From Octopus vulgaris (Eukaryota): a DNA stretch of 64,000 bases. Position numbers and translations under genes: made by a program. The notes beneath the pieces are model-generated. The model did no database searches, was not told where the DNA came from, and was given only the letters and a program-made list of their open reading frames with translations. The stretch is from the NCBI GenBank assembly GCA_951406725.2, contig OX597827.1, forward strand, positions 27,342,001-27,406,000, written 5' to 3'. This document shows, piece by piece, positions 26,828-41,681 of this stretch. Each line of letters opens with the position of its first letter. Position 1 is the first letter of the stretch.

Positions 26828-26872
26828 AACTGGACGATGTCGTTTTGAATTCGTTGACTCTCATCAGTAATT
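26828..26872 (-). ncRNA. Degenerate type I hammerhead ribozyme (G12A)
   Basis: Minus strand: aatta CUGAUGA gaguc-aac-gaauuc AAAA cgacaucg UC caguu. Confidence 0.45.
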
Positions 26873-29800
26873 AATGCAAAGCGTTGCTGTCCTGTTTGTT
26901 TCAGAGATCTGCTTCTTTAGTTGAGTTGGTGATATATTTTCACATAAGAAATTCGCAACGGAAAGTCGCTAGAAGACGTTAACACGTGATATAAGAAGAA
27001 CTGGCTCCCGATTTAAATCTATCTCATCGATAGTGTGCTTCAACAACAATGTATCGAAATATTACCTAAAATATGATGGTAAGTTGATAGAAGATGGTAG
27101 AACGAATCGACTAATTTAACGTATATATCTAAAATCTCACTTGGTTGTTTTGCGTCCCGCGTTTAAAATACGCCATGTTGTTTCGATTTTACCTTTCATT
27201 TTCCACTCCTAAAGTCAATAAAAATAAGATAGCAATGTTTATATCATTTGGTTAGAGCCCCCTTCCATTCAGTTGGCTAATTTCCTTATCTAGAAGTACC
27301 AGTAATATACTGTTTTAGTGGAGGGCCTCTGTTCAATGGGATATATTTATTTATAAAGTGCTGGTAATACGCTGCTGTTCGGCTGGAGTGCCCATCGAAT
27401 GATAACTGAAGGGAAGGTTACGTTCGCAGTCCTACACACCCTTCAGCAGGTGAGACAGTCATGGCTGGGATACTTTTGGTTGTAGGTTTGTTTTGACACG
27501 AACATGGGAGCTAAATAGTAACACATCCGATTTTATATAAGAATATACGAGGATGAATCTCTTCCGAAAGACACACACCGGAATTATATATAATTAAAAG
27601 TTCTGTTTTATTTCGTCTCTGAGATAACGTTTTAGGCTCATGAGTTAAAGAAAGAATAAATCAGATTTAAAATATTATTAAATAAAGTACATAAAATAGA
27701 AAAGAAAAAAGTAGAATGTGAGGAACAATTTAACCGTTTTAGATTACTAGTAGGCATCAATGTTAATATGGTTCTATCTTGCCTACCCCATTCTCAGAAA
27801 TGAGAACTTATCAATCGCCTAGAATTAACCAGAACTGATCATAGTTTTTGACGGCAGAGACGAAACCATATTTTATGTTATTTACGTAACATCTTATTTA
27901 ATAAAAAAAAAACGCCTCAGCATTTTTTCTTTTCTTGTTTTCAAATGTTTTTTTTTTAAGATTTGGTAATTTTCACTCAGAAAAAAAATATCTGCTAAAT
28001 CGAATAAAAATACACATCTATTAGATTATTTAAAATGTTAACAATTCAGTAGAGAAGCCTGTGGAAGATTTTAAAGGAACATCTCTTTTACATAGACTCA
28101 CGAGCTAATATGACGCACCTCAATTTTGGCAAGCTCTTTCTTGAACTATCGCTTCTCAGTAACCAAACGATGACTCCGTGCTAATAAAAAACACGACCTA
28201 ATTTTCTTGGGCAAGAAAACCTCCGTCGGTTAAGCTGTCAAATGCGATTGACTTCAATTTGAACACTTTCGCTCTCAAAATGTTGAACTGTTACTGAGTT
28301 TGATGGAGTCATACTGACCGTCTATTACACCTACGCTCTCTACTTTATTCAATTCTATTTCATCTTTTTATAACAGTAATGCAAGAAACGGGTTTTCTTT
28401 TCCGATTGTATCATTGTTACGCTATGTTAGATCGGGAGGTCGGCCATATTTTGGTCTCTTCAAATCCGAGTGCTGTACCAAAGAAGCTTCTTTCACCGCT
28501 CATCATAATATGACGACGAAATGTAAAAAATATTTTTACGACAAATAGGTCCACAGGCTTCCTAAGTCACGGTTTTATAGCATCTTTAGCAGTCACCTTC
28601 ATATGGCCCTAAGACTTCTTCAACCCCTTCCAAATGAACTAAATTGGAAGCCGATGGACACTTCCGTTCCCAACCAAAAACATGAATATTTTACCCTTAC
28701 TCACGACATTCCTGCCCCTTTTAAATTATATTTGGCAATGTGGATAAGAAATTAAGACAAAGGGGCTGGTTGTAAAGGCCGAGTGAATATATAGATTGTA
28801 AGCTGAAGTCCACTATGGGCGTTTATTGGCAGGATTCTAAAATCTCTCTTTACAGAAATTCCATGAATATATTTGATTAAAAGGCCAGTCAGACATACCA
28901 CACGCTTATATATATTCATCCTTGATCACATGGTCGAAACCAGTTGATTCCATTTATGAGCGCTAGAGTGACAAAAAGAATTATGATAGAAAGCATGCCG
29001 CAAGACCAGATGTCTGCTTCAAGTCTTCGATACAGTTTCCCTTCGTGCCTGGAGTGTAAATCAACACCGCTGCTAATGCTGACAGTAGAGGAATAGTAGA
29101 TACCTCAGAATATAGTTTTTTCCCCAGTTCTCCCTCGATATAAATCTCTGGCGGTTCTCTGCCTAAATTAGAAATATAGAGAACCTCTCTATGACAGGTT
29201 TGGGTAAGCTCTTTTTGGTAACGGGCCACACGGTTGAAAGAGTAATTTAACAAACTTCGCAAAAAGTACAGGTTACACTGTGTATTAAAGTTGGCAAATT
29301 ATAAAGATTTGAGCGGGAGATGGCGAGAGGGAATGAGAGAGAAGGAAATGAAACTTGAGATCATAAAATGCGACCGTTTACGCATAAAACGTAAAGAGTC
29401 AAACGTGGCTGAGTACCGTAGGTTGCAAATAACCTTTCTAGGCAGTCATGGGACTTTAAATAGCAGCTAAATCACCCTTAAAATTCCACTCTTTCGGTAG
29501 AACATGTTCGGTCATGGGCCAGCTCGATGAAGAGGAAGTGAGGGGGAGGGGAAGAGTTGAAAGTTAATAACAATCACCACCGGCAACAACGCCATAATTA
29601 CAACAACAATCACCAACAACCAACTAATTACTTCATTTATTAAGGGCTGCTGCTGTTGCTTAGATTAATTATGGTTAATTCAATAACTGAGTTGTGAACC
29701 TCGATATCGCAAGTTCGAATTTTAGTAGAAACGTTGAAATAACAATAAAAATGAAAAGATATATTTAAATTTACCTTTCTGGGTTGATTCGGTTTCTTTT

Positions 29801-30213
29801 CGTTGTTTTTGAGTACCAGTCATAGTTGGTAGATTTAGTGGACTCTAGCCACCCTCCCGCCTTCCCTAAATATATAGACTTGTGTGAATGTTAGAAATCA
29901 TTGCATCTTTTTCAGTCTATTTGTCTGTCTGTCTGTGTGTTTGTCTGTAGATCTGAGTGCCGTCCACAAGAGGATACGGGACATTGACGTCAAAGGCAGA
30001 TGGAGAGAGGAAGGAGACAAAAAAAAAAAAAAAATAAAGATCCTTCCAAAGAACAGGAATAAGAACATGCAGGTCTATTATTGGACACATGCAAATCATG
30101 AACTAAACTAACAAACAAATAAAATAAAAAGAAACATTCCAAGTGTGTATGTGGGGGGATATTCAGTAAAAATAATAAAAGCAACATAAACCGCATTGGC
30201 TTCTGAACTCTCG

Positions 30214-30264
<51 letters not shown>

Positions 30265-30267
30265 TGA

Positions 30268-30820
30268 AATGGCAGAATCGCGAGAGCTTTAGAAAAAAAA
30301 AGAAAAAAATGCCTTGTGGTATTTAGTGGTAGTCACTTAACGTTTCTGACTTCAAATCTCGCCTAAGTCAACTTTGCCTCTCGTCCGGTCGATAAAATAC
30401 AAAAAAAAAATACCAGTCAAAAAGCAGGTATCGGTTTGATCGCTTCTACCCCCATTCTAAAAATTACGGCCTTGTGCTTTTCAAACAAATAGCATAAATC
30501 ATCATCATCATTATTATTATTATTATTATTAAGTGGTGGCGAGACGAGATAGAATCTGTAAAGTACCGGACAATATGTCTTTCCATATTTGGTTACGTCC
30601 CTTTACGTTCTGTGTTCAAGTCTTCGCGCAGGTTCGACTTTTGCCTTCTCATCCTTCTGCGATCTATAGAAAGAAAAAATTGAATTAAGAAAAAATAACA
30701 ATAAATGAAGTACTGGTCAAAAATAGAATTAAGAAAAGAAAAAGTAAATGAAGTACTGGCAATCGACCATACACTCCCCCTCCCCTCAAAAGTTTTGGCC
30801 TTGGGCCTAAATTAGAAACA
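30268..30820 (+). mobile_element. Two degenerate SINE family A copies
   Basis: Blocks ggcagaatcg, ttcaaatctcgcctaagtcaactttgcc and acgttctgtgttcaagtc...gacttttgccttctcatcc. Confidence 0.65.
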
Positions 30821-31974
30821 GTTATTATCATCACCACTACCATCATCATCATCATCATCATCATCATCAGGTATCTCTCTTTCATTACCATTATCATACT
30901 GGGAGTGAAAGATGTAGCACAAAAGAGTTAAGCTGCTCGTTCACCGATTTAAAAAAGAAAATCCTTGGATATGGCTATTTTATTTATGTTGGTAATTTTA
31001 TTAGAAATTCATTATCGCTAATCTCACTTCACTATAAATATATCAACTCTTTAAAGCAAACTATTTGGTCTTGCCTAAAACAAAAATTAAAAAAAAAGGA
31101 AAAATTAACGGGGAGAAACCATAATTAGAAACGAGAGCTGAAGAAAGACCAAGTGGAAAAGAGGTCAAGCCGAATTGAGGACGAGACGCGAGTTATTAAT
31201 TTTGATGCCCTTGAAAAAGGCATAAATATTACAAATTCTCAATTTTCTCATTTTTCTTCTTAATAAAAAAAAAAAGAAAATGATAGCTTTCTTGCGTCTC
31301 ACAAAAAGATAAAATAAAGAAAATAAAAAAAAAAAAGAATCAGAGAGAAAAGAAAGAAACTACTTTTAGCAGTTCAGTATTTGAAAGCGACCTTATTGAC
31401 AGGCTGTGATATAGGTTACGATATAAGTTGCGATACAGGCTATGATAATGGCATCTAACTTCATATGAGAGACACTATTTTGTTTTTACTCATTTAATAC
31501 CATTTCATAAAATAGATTATATATATATATAGTATTGATATTTATATGACAGAATATGAATATCGTATGAATAAGAGCGAGAATATGTTTAGTCTGTGCA
31601 ATGAAATTTTTAGTTCTTTTTAGTAAACGGTTTGGTTTAGAATTTATGTATGACCAGCGCCCTCACAGTGACGTGGGGTCGACTGAAGCAACTACATCCC
31701 TACCTCTATCAATATAAATACGAGCATAATTATTATGAATCTTATGATTAAAGTTCTTACTATTATTAAGAACTTATTAAGTAGAGAACCTATTATAATT
31801 AATAATAATAATAATTACACATTTTTTTTTAAATGACGAAATTTTGAAAAGGAAATGGTTAGATTTTCAAATGTCTCCTATTACTGCTTCATATACGCAT
31901 GCGTACATAAATACATGCATACACATTTCTACACACACACGCTCACATATTTGTATGTGCGTCAACATATATAT

Positions 31975-32008
<34 letters not shown>

Positions 32009-32922
32009 ACCAAGAAGAAAGCAACAAGAATGGATATATATGTATTTGCGTGCGTCGCGTCGGATTTTAAAAATGTACATGAACTTTCATAGACTTTATA
32101 TTAGCACACTGAACTTATCCATTCATTCCATTTTCACCACACACACTCCACCCTTTCTCTTTCTCTCTTCTCTCTTCTAACTCCTTCTCACTCTTTCTCA
32201 TTCTCTGTCTCTCTCTCTCACTCTCTCTTCTCTTTCTTTCGTTGCAGTATTTTTTTTTTCTGTACAGTTTTCTGTAATCCGAAAGACATTTTCATGTTAA
32301 TTATAACTTCCCGTTCATTTTCCACTTTCATTATCACAATGTTGAACCATCATCTAGAGTTGTGTCACTTGAAGAACTGAACATAATTGTGTAAACGATA
32401 ACAACAACACCACCACCAACAACAATAACAACTGCTAATGAATAAAGGCATTCTTTTACACCAATATAATCGAACATCGTCTCGTTAATTTATAATTTAT
32501 TATAACGCGCTTGAAATGTATACGAAATAATAATAATGATGTATTTGTGATCTTTAAACTTGCAGAGTCAGGCGTTTTACCAGGGGAACCACCTGGCGCT
32601 GGTTTTTCTTTCGAGTTTCTTTCGAGTTTTTCTCTCTTCCTTTTTTCCTTTCATTTATTCCATTCTAAATTTTCACTTTTCTTTTCAGTGTTCCTTGTTT
32701 TGGTGTCTCGGTTGGCGTTTTCATCTTTTTCGTTTACGAATGTATTTTTAATGTTGATCTTATTCACAAATATTAAAATGTCTCCTTTTGTGGAAAGGAA
32801 ATAAGATTCATCGGAGCTAGAATCGAAATATCGGGAACCAGTCATATATATATATATATATATATATATACTCTTATATGTATATAAGCATACATATATA
32901 CCTCTAAATAAATGTATATATA

Positions 32923-32955
<33 letters not shown>

Positions 32956-33184
32956 ATATATATTTATATATATATACATGCATATAGATACATAGATATA
33001 TATATACATATATATATATACATATATATAAATATATATATATACACTCTTATATGTATATAAGCATACATATATACCTCTAAATAAATGTATATATATA
33101 TATATATATATATATGGATGTATGTATATATGTATATATATATATATATATACATATATATGTATATATACACTCTTATATGAG

Positions 33185-33240
<56 letters not shown>

Positions 33241-33457
33241 TACATATATATATAATTTACTATTTTCTTTCTGCCGTCTATCTCTTCCATTCTTCTTCTT
33301 CTTCTTCTTCTTCTTCTTCTTCTTCTTCTTTACTTGCTTTCTTTCTTTCTTTCTAGTACCTGTCTCTCTCTCTCTCTCTCTCTCTCTCACTTTCTCACTC
33401 TCTTTCTTACGCCGTTTTGGAAACAAGGGTTTGAAACCCGAAACAACTATACAGCGA

Positions 33458-33514
<57 letters not shown>

Positions 33515-35139
33515 GCATATATATATAATAAGATTTTTTTGTCGATAAAGAACTAACGAAAAAAAAATAATCAAGGAATGTGTTATATATTTTGTCAAAG
33601 AATTTGGCACCACTTTTCTTTCTCTTTTTTTTTCTGTTCCTTTCCGGTTGTTTTTCTTTTCACAATATTTTTCTTTCAAAACTTAGTTATATTCCTTTAT
33701 CATCTTTATCAAAGAAATTATGTGTTATACAAAAATCTGCCCAACATGGTCACCACAACTGATAATTCAAAATAAGTCAATAAAAATCTAGTTAGAAAAC
33801 GAAAAAAAAAAAGACAAACAAAAGAAAACAGAACTAAAACAGAACAAAAAGCAAAACAAAACATATCGTAATTTTGATGTTAGTTTTCTTTTATTTTCAT
33901 TTTTCTTTTTTTTTATTTTTGAAACTAATTCTAGGTAATAAAAATTCAGAAATATTTTTTACTATATTTGTAAAAAAAATTGAGGAAGAAAAAATCTAAC
34001 ATGAAGATATATTCTTGCCTAGATGTTATTGCCAATGTTGATATGGTTTTTTTTTTTTATTATTACTGATATATAACAAATATGTTCGTATTCACAAAAG
34101 AAAATAAAAATGAAAAAACAGTGAATAATTATATACATATAACATTAGAATACAATAAAGTCAATGAAATACGTATGGAATATATGTTATTTATTGTTAT
34201 AATGTTGTTGCTGTTGCTGTTGTTGTTGCTGTTGTTGTTGTTGTTGCTGTTGTTGTGGTTGTCAGATACAGAGATGAAATGAGCCAATTATTAAATGAAG
34301 TAAAATAAAGTAACAATAATAGAAAAAAAAATGGAAACGTAAAACAAAGCAAACAAAAATAATAAGTGCATATTTATGAAGAAAGAAATAAAATACGAAA
34401 CGTAATAGACGTTCACGCACGTAGATTCATGTGTGTGTGTATGTATGTATGTGTGTGTGTGGTGTATGTGTGTATTCATGTATATGTATGTATGTGTATA
34501 TATATATATATATAGAGAGAGATATGTATATTTTGCGTGTGTGTTTTTGTATATATATGTATGTGTGTATGTATACAGGTATATGTAAGTGTGTATATAC
34601 ATATCTATACATGTATATGTGTATATATCATATGCCACTGTTTCTGTCTTTACTAGCATAAGCACACCAAGAGACACACCGTGTTTATATGTATACACAT
34701 GCACACACATACCATATAATGTTCTCTCTCTCCCTCTTTCTCTTGTTGTACATGCATATACCTATATACATATGTATGATTTTATATTTATATATACATA
34801 TATATATATATATATGTGGGGTGTATGGATATTTATCCTATATTTGTTCTGTTTCTGTGTCTCTGTATATATACATGTGCGTGTATGTATATATTTGTGC
34901 ATACATATACACATATGCATGTATGTGTGCTTGTGTACATACATGTTCATATAGCTATATGTATATAGAATTAAAATTGAACTTTTACTACCATGGCATC
35001 CTTCACAACAACTTTTCTAACGTCCGTATCTGTTCAAAACAGTTTGTAAAATCCAATTTTTCAAAATTTTATTCGTTCTTTCGATTCATTCATGATTATG
35101 TTTATCATTATTATTTTTAATTATACCGTGATTTGGTAC

Positions 35140-38100
35140 AACATTTACTTACTGAGTTCAAATCTCGGCCTGGTCGAATTTTGTTCATCATTGCCTGGTT
35201 CGATAAAATAAACTACCAGTCATATACTAGAATCTTTTTAATCGACTTATATACCGTATTTTAACGTGTATAGGGAACCCTTTTTTTTTTTTTACAAAAA
35301 TCAGGTTAAAAAATATGGGAGTTTCTTATGCATGGATAGCATTACAATACCTTACAAAACCTTTCTTCCAAATTTTAAGCCCCTAAAATTAGAGGGTTCC
35401 TTATACACGCGGGTTCCTTATACATGTGAAAACATGGTAATTACATACATTTAATTTTTAGCCTTGTAATTATACAAGAAATGATTATCTAGATCACGCA
35501 TGGGCAATCTTTTTCAATAAATGGGCCACTTGTGATATGGCTCATAAACAGGCGAGTCTCAATTGGACTACTGCCCACCCCTAACAATTTTAACTTCTGT
35601 GCCCTATTCTAGAAACAGTTATTACATCACAGAGAAATGACAGAATCATTAGAGCGTCGAACGAAATTCCTTGCGACTCTTTACGGTCTGAGTTCAATTC
35701 CCAAGCAGCTCACTAATGCCTTTATTCTTTCGGAGTCAATAAAATAAAATACTAGTAAACCATTGGAGAAGATGGAGTCGGCTTATATTGCCACCTACCG
35801 TCAAAATTGTTGACCTTGTGGCTAAATACAAGTAAACCCAAATATATTTTTTTTCTTAAATACTAGTACAACACCGAATTTCTTGACACTGATGGTCTGG
35901 AACTTCAAATAATCCGCATTAATTTACGAGTAGGAACTTAAAATCCTCGCGGCCGCCCATTTACTTTACTGGGTAACCCTGAATTCATAAACTTGTATCA
36001 TTTGTACTAACATACAGGTATCTGTATTTAATTTATTTAAGTAAATTTAATATTTGCTTAATTGAAAGGTGGCAAGCTGGCAGAATTGTTAGCACGCCGG
36101 GCGAACTATTTCGCGGTATTTGTCTGTCTTTACGTTCTGAGTTCAAATTCCGCTGAGGCCGACTTTGCCTTTCATTCTTTCGGGGTCGAAAAATTAAGTA
36201 CCAGTTGCCTACTGGGATTAGTCTAATCGACTGCCCTCCCTCTCCCAAAATTTCGGGCCTTGTGCCTAGAATAGAAAAGAATCGTCAACACGACGGGAAA
36301 TAATGCTTAGTAGCATTTCATTCGGCATTACATTACGAGCTCAAATTCCGCCGAAGTCGACTTTGCCTTTCGTCTTTTCGGTGTCGATAAAATAAGTACC
36401 AGTTGTGTACTGAGGTGAATGTAATCAACTTACACCCTCCCCAACAATTGCTAGCATTGAGTCAAAATTTGAAAGCAATGTTTGTTTAATTGAGATGTGA
36501 CCACCACTGATTAGAAAAAAGTCTGTATTTGGAAAGGTCTTGAAACCAAACGTCTCGGAAAATCGATTTTGTACATCGATTACTGGAGAGAAATTATTTA
36601 CTATTTCATAAAAAAAGAGATTCCAGGGCCCCACTGCTCTGTGCCGGTAAATCTAGCACGGGACTCCTGTGTCACAGATGGAGATACCATATTCTTTATT
36701 AATAATATAAAAGAGTCTTTAAAAACAAAAGCCAACGCCCAATAAACTATGTATTAAAAGCAGATCAAAACTGAGATTTAGTTTAAAGAAAAGTGTTTTG
36801 CTAACTTGTATCTTATTCCATTTCTTTGCGATATCATTATTGCCAATGACGTCTGCAGAGCCCTGCAATATATTCCTTATTAGAAAGGTGGCGAGCTGGT
36901 AGAAACGTTAGCACGCCGGGTGAAGTGCTTAGCGGTATTTCGTCTGCAGTTACGTTCTGAGTTCAAATTCTGCCGAGGTCGACTTTGCCTTTCATCCTTT
37001 CGGAGTCGATTAAATAAGTACCTGTTACGCACTGGGGTCGATATAATCGACTTAATCCGTTCGTCTGTCCTTGTTTGTCCTCTCTGTGTTTAGCCCTTTG
37101 TGGGTAGTAAAGAAATAGGTATTTCGTCTGCCGTTATGTTCTGAGTTCAATTTTCCGCCTAGGTCCACTTTGTCCTTCATATCTTCAGGGTCGATTAAAT
37201 AAGTACCAGTTACGCTTGTCTGTCCTTGTTTGTCCTCTCTGTGTTTAGCCCGTCGTGGGTAGTAAAGAAAATAGTTATTTCGACTGTTTTTACGTTCTGA
37301 GTTGAAATTCCGCCGAGGTCAACTTTGCCTTTCATCTTTGCGGGTTCCATGAATTAAGTACCATTTGCGTACTGGGATCAATCTAATCGACTGCCCCGCT
37401 CCACCCTCCAAAATTTCGGGCTTTGTACCTAGAGTAGGAAAGAATATTCCTTTTAGAATTGAGTATGGAATAAATGCAAATATTTTTTTGTTGGGAAATA
37501 TTTTGACAGTACGTGAGCACAAATAAATAGAATGATTTATTACTATATTATTTTAGGCAACTAACCTTTCATGCGCACATTAATTTTTGTGCTAATACGA
37601 GTTCTTTCTGTGTGCTGAGTACGCGCGCACATGCAGGTATTGTAGAGCAGCGATTCAGAATCAAGGCTCCCAAGGCGTCATGCCGCCTTCAAACGTCCTT
37701 CCAGCGGCCCTCGACAGGTTTCCCTCAATAAATATTTTTATAAATAAGAAAATTATAAATTATCTTTCATTAATTTACTAGCGTTTCATCTTTTTTTGTG
37801 TCCCCCTCCACTAAAATGATCCAAGTTTTTGATCTTGTTCGGATGTTTAAAAAAAGGCTGAGAATTACTGGCTTAGAGACAAATAGAATAGAAGAAAACC
37901 CCACATATGTTTTTCGTGTAGAGAAACGGAGCTTAAAATGGACTCTACAAAAAGCATCTAGAGATCAGGTTATGGCATTAAACCTAGCAAATCTACTAAA
38001 TCTGCACACCCCCCACTCCAACAGAATAGATTCAACCAGAGGTACTTGAGGACACATGATATCATGACACGCGACAGATTTATCCACTATACAATATGAG

Positions 38101-38850
38101 TTGTAGCTAATCCGATTGGCATCCGGGTAATTTTTGCCTTCATAATTTTACTTACAAGGCTTGGGGTCAAACCGAGAAGGCTTATGAGATACAACACGTG
38201 ACGAAAGTACGGGATCGAACCGTGGAGAACGTGGCAGCAAAGCAAACCATTTAACCGCACGTTCTTGCCTCTTATTATCTCATTAGAAAGCATGAAAGCC
38301 ACAGACTAATTCAATATTACTATTCTATAATACTATTATTATTAGGAGTGCTGGGAGGTCGACTTTGCCTTTCATTAATTCGGAGTCGATAAAATAAGTA
38401 CCAAAACTGGGGTCGATGTAATCGACTCATCGCCACCTCTCCCAAGCTGCCCTTGTGGCAAAAATATGAAATAATTATTAGGAGTGCTGGTAAAGGCAGA
38501 GAGCTGGTCGAATCGTTATCATGCCGTACAAAACGTTTAGCGGCATTTACGTTCTAAGTTCAAATTCCACCGGGGTCAGCTTAGCCTTTCATCCTTTCAG
38601 GATCGATAAAAGAAGTACCAGTTATTCACTGGGGGATCGATATCATAGACTTATCTCCCCCCCCGAAATTGCTGGCGTTGTGTCATAATTTTAAACCGTT
38701 ATTAACAATGATGGCGGGTTGGCGAAATTGTTTGCGCATTGAAAAACATGTTTAGCGGTATTTGACCAGCTTTTCACACTCTGCGTTCAAATCCAGCCAA
38801 TATCAACCTTTTGGAAGTCAAGTAGCGGGCATTAATTTAGTCGACCAAAC
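35140..38850 (+). mobile_element. Cluster of about 10 family A SINE copies or fragments, + orientation
   Basis: Family A blocks near 35150, 35640, 36066, 36290, 36886-37440 (three tandem units), 38355, 38490 and 38710. Confidence 0.8.
35254..35437. mobile_element. Tc2-like (CCGTA-terminus) MITE with TA target duplication, inserted into a SINE
   Basis: TA|CCGTATTTTAACGTGTATAGGGAACCC ... GGGTTCCTTATACATGTGAAAACATGG|TA. CCGTA ends are typical of Tc2-group Tc1/mariner elements. Confidence 0.75.
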
Positions 38851-39139
38851 GCTTCCGCCAAACATTATGTATATATAAATACACGTATAAAATATATACC
38901 CATCTATATATATGTTGTTTCTGATTTAGGCGCAGAGCCAATAATCTTGAGGGAAGGTTTAATCCGGTACTTGGCTAGTACTTTAATTCATTCAATTTTA
39001 AAAGCTGAAAGGTTGAGTTAACCTGGGCGTGATTTGAACTCAGATTGTAAAGAAGCGTACCGAAACACCACTTGGGATTTTTTTCGACATTCTAGCAATT
39101 TCTGATACTCCACGGTCTTCACACACACACACACATCAA

Positions 39140-39357
39140 GGTATCGATTGATGCCACCCCACTAGATTGGGGAGCAGACCAACATCCTCTCCTATCTGGA
39201 AGGCTAGCCCGTCGCAGGGTTATCTATTTACAGCCGAGTGGACTGGGATAACGTAAAATGAAGTGTTTTGCTCAAGAACGCAACGCTCCACTCTGTCCGA
39301 GAATCGAGCCTTAAATCTAGCAATCGTGACTGCAACATGCTAACCACTAGGCCACAC
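39140..39357 (-). mobile_element. tRNA-derived SINE (family E)
   Basis: Minus-strand head gtggcctagtggttag with a B-box (gaatcgagcc on +). Body atttacagccgagtggactgg...aaatgaagtgttttgctcaagaac; a related copy lies at about 62380-62630. Confidence 0.7.
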
Positions 39358-41317
39358 GACTTCATGTATGTATGTATGTATGTATGTATGTATGTATGTA
39401 TGTATGTATGTATGTATGTATGTATGTATGTATGTATGTATGCATGTATATATGTGTATTTATATATATGTTGTAGCCGTCTATGTATCACTCTTAACGT
39501 TTAAACATCGTTAACCAATGGCCAGTTATGACAGTATTCGTCCTATAATAACATCTGTTTGGACATGCCATGTTAAAAAAATAACAATATATATCAGAGG
39601 GGGAAGAAAAATCGCCTCAGCAGTATGTATGTATGTATGTATGTATGTATGTATGTATGTATGTATGTATGTATGTATGTATGTATGTATGTATGTATGT
39701 ATGTGTGCATGTATATATGTATGTATGATTTGTAAATAATAAATGGCATCCATTTGTATACAACCATATTTTGCTGTACTATTAATTAATTAATTAAATT
39801 ATTCAATTTATTTATTTATTTAGGTAATATATTGACTACATTTTTGTGTCTGAAATGAAATTCTTTCTTTTTCACGTTACTAACGAAATTGTAAGAACCT
39901 GCTGTGGGTTTTGTACATTTATGTTTTACACGGAAAAAGAAAGAACAAAAAAACCCAGAAAAACAGCGCAAACAAATCACAACAACAACAACAACAACAA
40001 TAGCAATAACAACAAAGAACAAACTCAAACAGCAAAAATATATGTCATGTTCTGCTATTTTTTTTATGGCTTTTTAATTACTGATGAACCTATTTAATTA
40101 ATACAAGATTGTGTTAGACTTTGGGGAAAACTGAATCTTTCTCTCTAAATAAATCCTTAAGCTATAATCCAACTGCGACCTATTTTCTTTTTTTTTTTGT
40201 TTTCTTTTTTTTTTTTCAGTTTTCACAGTCACCACCATATTAATTATTATATTAATTTCCATAGCAACGTTTGTTTATTTCTTTTCTTTTCTTTTCGTAA
40301 TTGTAATTTAATTATCTCGTGGTGCTTCATTCCCTTTCATTGATACTTTCTATATACAGCATAACATAACGAGGACCTAACGAGTGAATCTTGGAATCTA
40401 TCCTGGATCTGTTCGATTGACTAAAAATGATAGTTAAATTGAACCTCTTCAAATTTAAATTAAGCTACTCCGTTTTAACAAAAAAAAAAAAAAAAAATAA
40501 AAAAATAAGGAAAAAGAAATGGAGAAAGAAAAAAAAAGAAATGGAAACCAAAGGAAAATGGCGCAGTTTGATTTGAACGTAGGACACATCAAATAAATAT
40601 TTCTGGGTCTGAATGAATGGATAAATTGGTCAGAGTCACGTGATTTGAACTTTTTTATTCATAGGTCAGTGTTGGAGAAGGACTGACCTGGAGTAAAACA
40701 ACGACAACAATAACAACAGCAATATAGACATCCGGAACCTAACACAACGTGGTGAGTCGGCGAAGAAATCTCAATGTGGTGGGTAAACCTGCTAAAAATA
40801 GCAGTCAAATTCCCTACACATCACATTTTCCCAACTTTAAAAAATGAACATGGACAAAGTAAACGATGCTATTTTATAGATACGCAAAAGAAAATGATTT
40901 AAAATGACTGGATGGTTACGGTTGGAACGTTTACATTGATTGATTTATCCGATCAATAACAACAACTGATTTTCTTGTGATCCTTCAACTTGCTAGAAAT
41001 AGCAGCAAAGACTACCTCGATTGATGAATGAGAGGATCCACTGAACAAGATAGTCCTAAATAAAAAAAGACGTGAAGGTCATGACTGGAACGCCTTTGAT
41101 GATTATTCTATTTCATCTCGATCAGAGCTAACCTGGTATTGAACAACAACACCAAAATATTTGAAAAGCTGGTGCAATTAAATGTTGTTGTATTTTGGTA
41201 GGGTCATTTTGCCAATGAGAAACACGCACAGTTTCTATTTCACTTTCTTGTTATTATCTCTCGTCGACTAATAGGCTAACTGATCGATTCTCTGATCAAT
41301 GTTCGAACAATTAGATT

Positions 41318-41358
41318 GTTAGAGTCATTTCGCCGTCATTTACGACCTCATCAGTGAC
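41318..41358 (-). ncRNA. Hammerhead-like motif with intact core and eroded stems
   Basis: Minus strand: guca CUGAUGA g-gucg-uaaa-ugac-ggc GAAA ugac UC uaac. Confidence 0.5.
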
Positions 41359-41428
41359 GTGTCCTCGTCCCTCCATAAAGAAACTTGCAAAGCAAATAAT
41401 AAAAAGGAAATGTAATCGAATAAGCTCA

Positions 41429-41646
41429 GGCGTAGCTGTGTAGGTGCAGGCGTGGCTGTGTAGGCATGGCGTGGCTGTGTAGGCATGGCGTGGCTGTGTG
41501 GTAAGAAGCTTGCTTCCCAAACCACATGGATCCGGGTTCAGTCCCACTGCGTAGAATATTGGGCAAGCGTTTTCTACTATAGCTTCGGGCCGACCAAAGC
41601 CTTGTGAGTGGATTTGGTAGACGAAAACTGACGGAAGCTTGTCGTG

Positions 41647-41681
<35 letters not shown>

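Noticed and set aside
28100-29260. Possible decayed Tc1/mariner and LINE fragments
   Set aside because: Only faint motif resemblance (GRPP; a LINE-like C-terminal pattern); cannot be supported without a search.
32580-32602. CTCF-like site (gcgccaggtggt on the minus strand)
   Set aside because: Partial match only; it could be a simple E-box or chance.
15426-40130. Isolated CTGANGA heptamers at about 15426, 20137, 21371, 25266, 31138 and 40081 as hammerheads
   Set aside because: No properly placed GAAA, or stems I and III cannot form.
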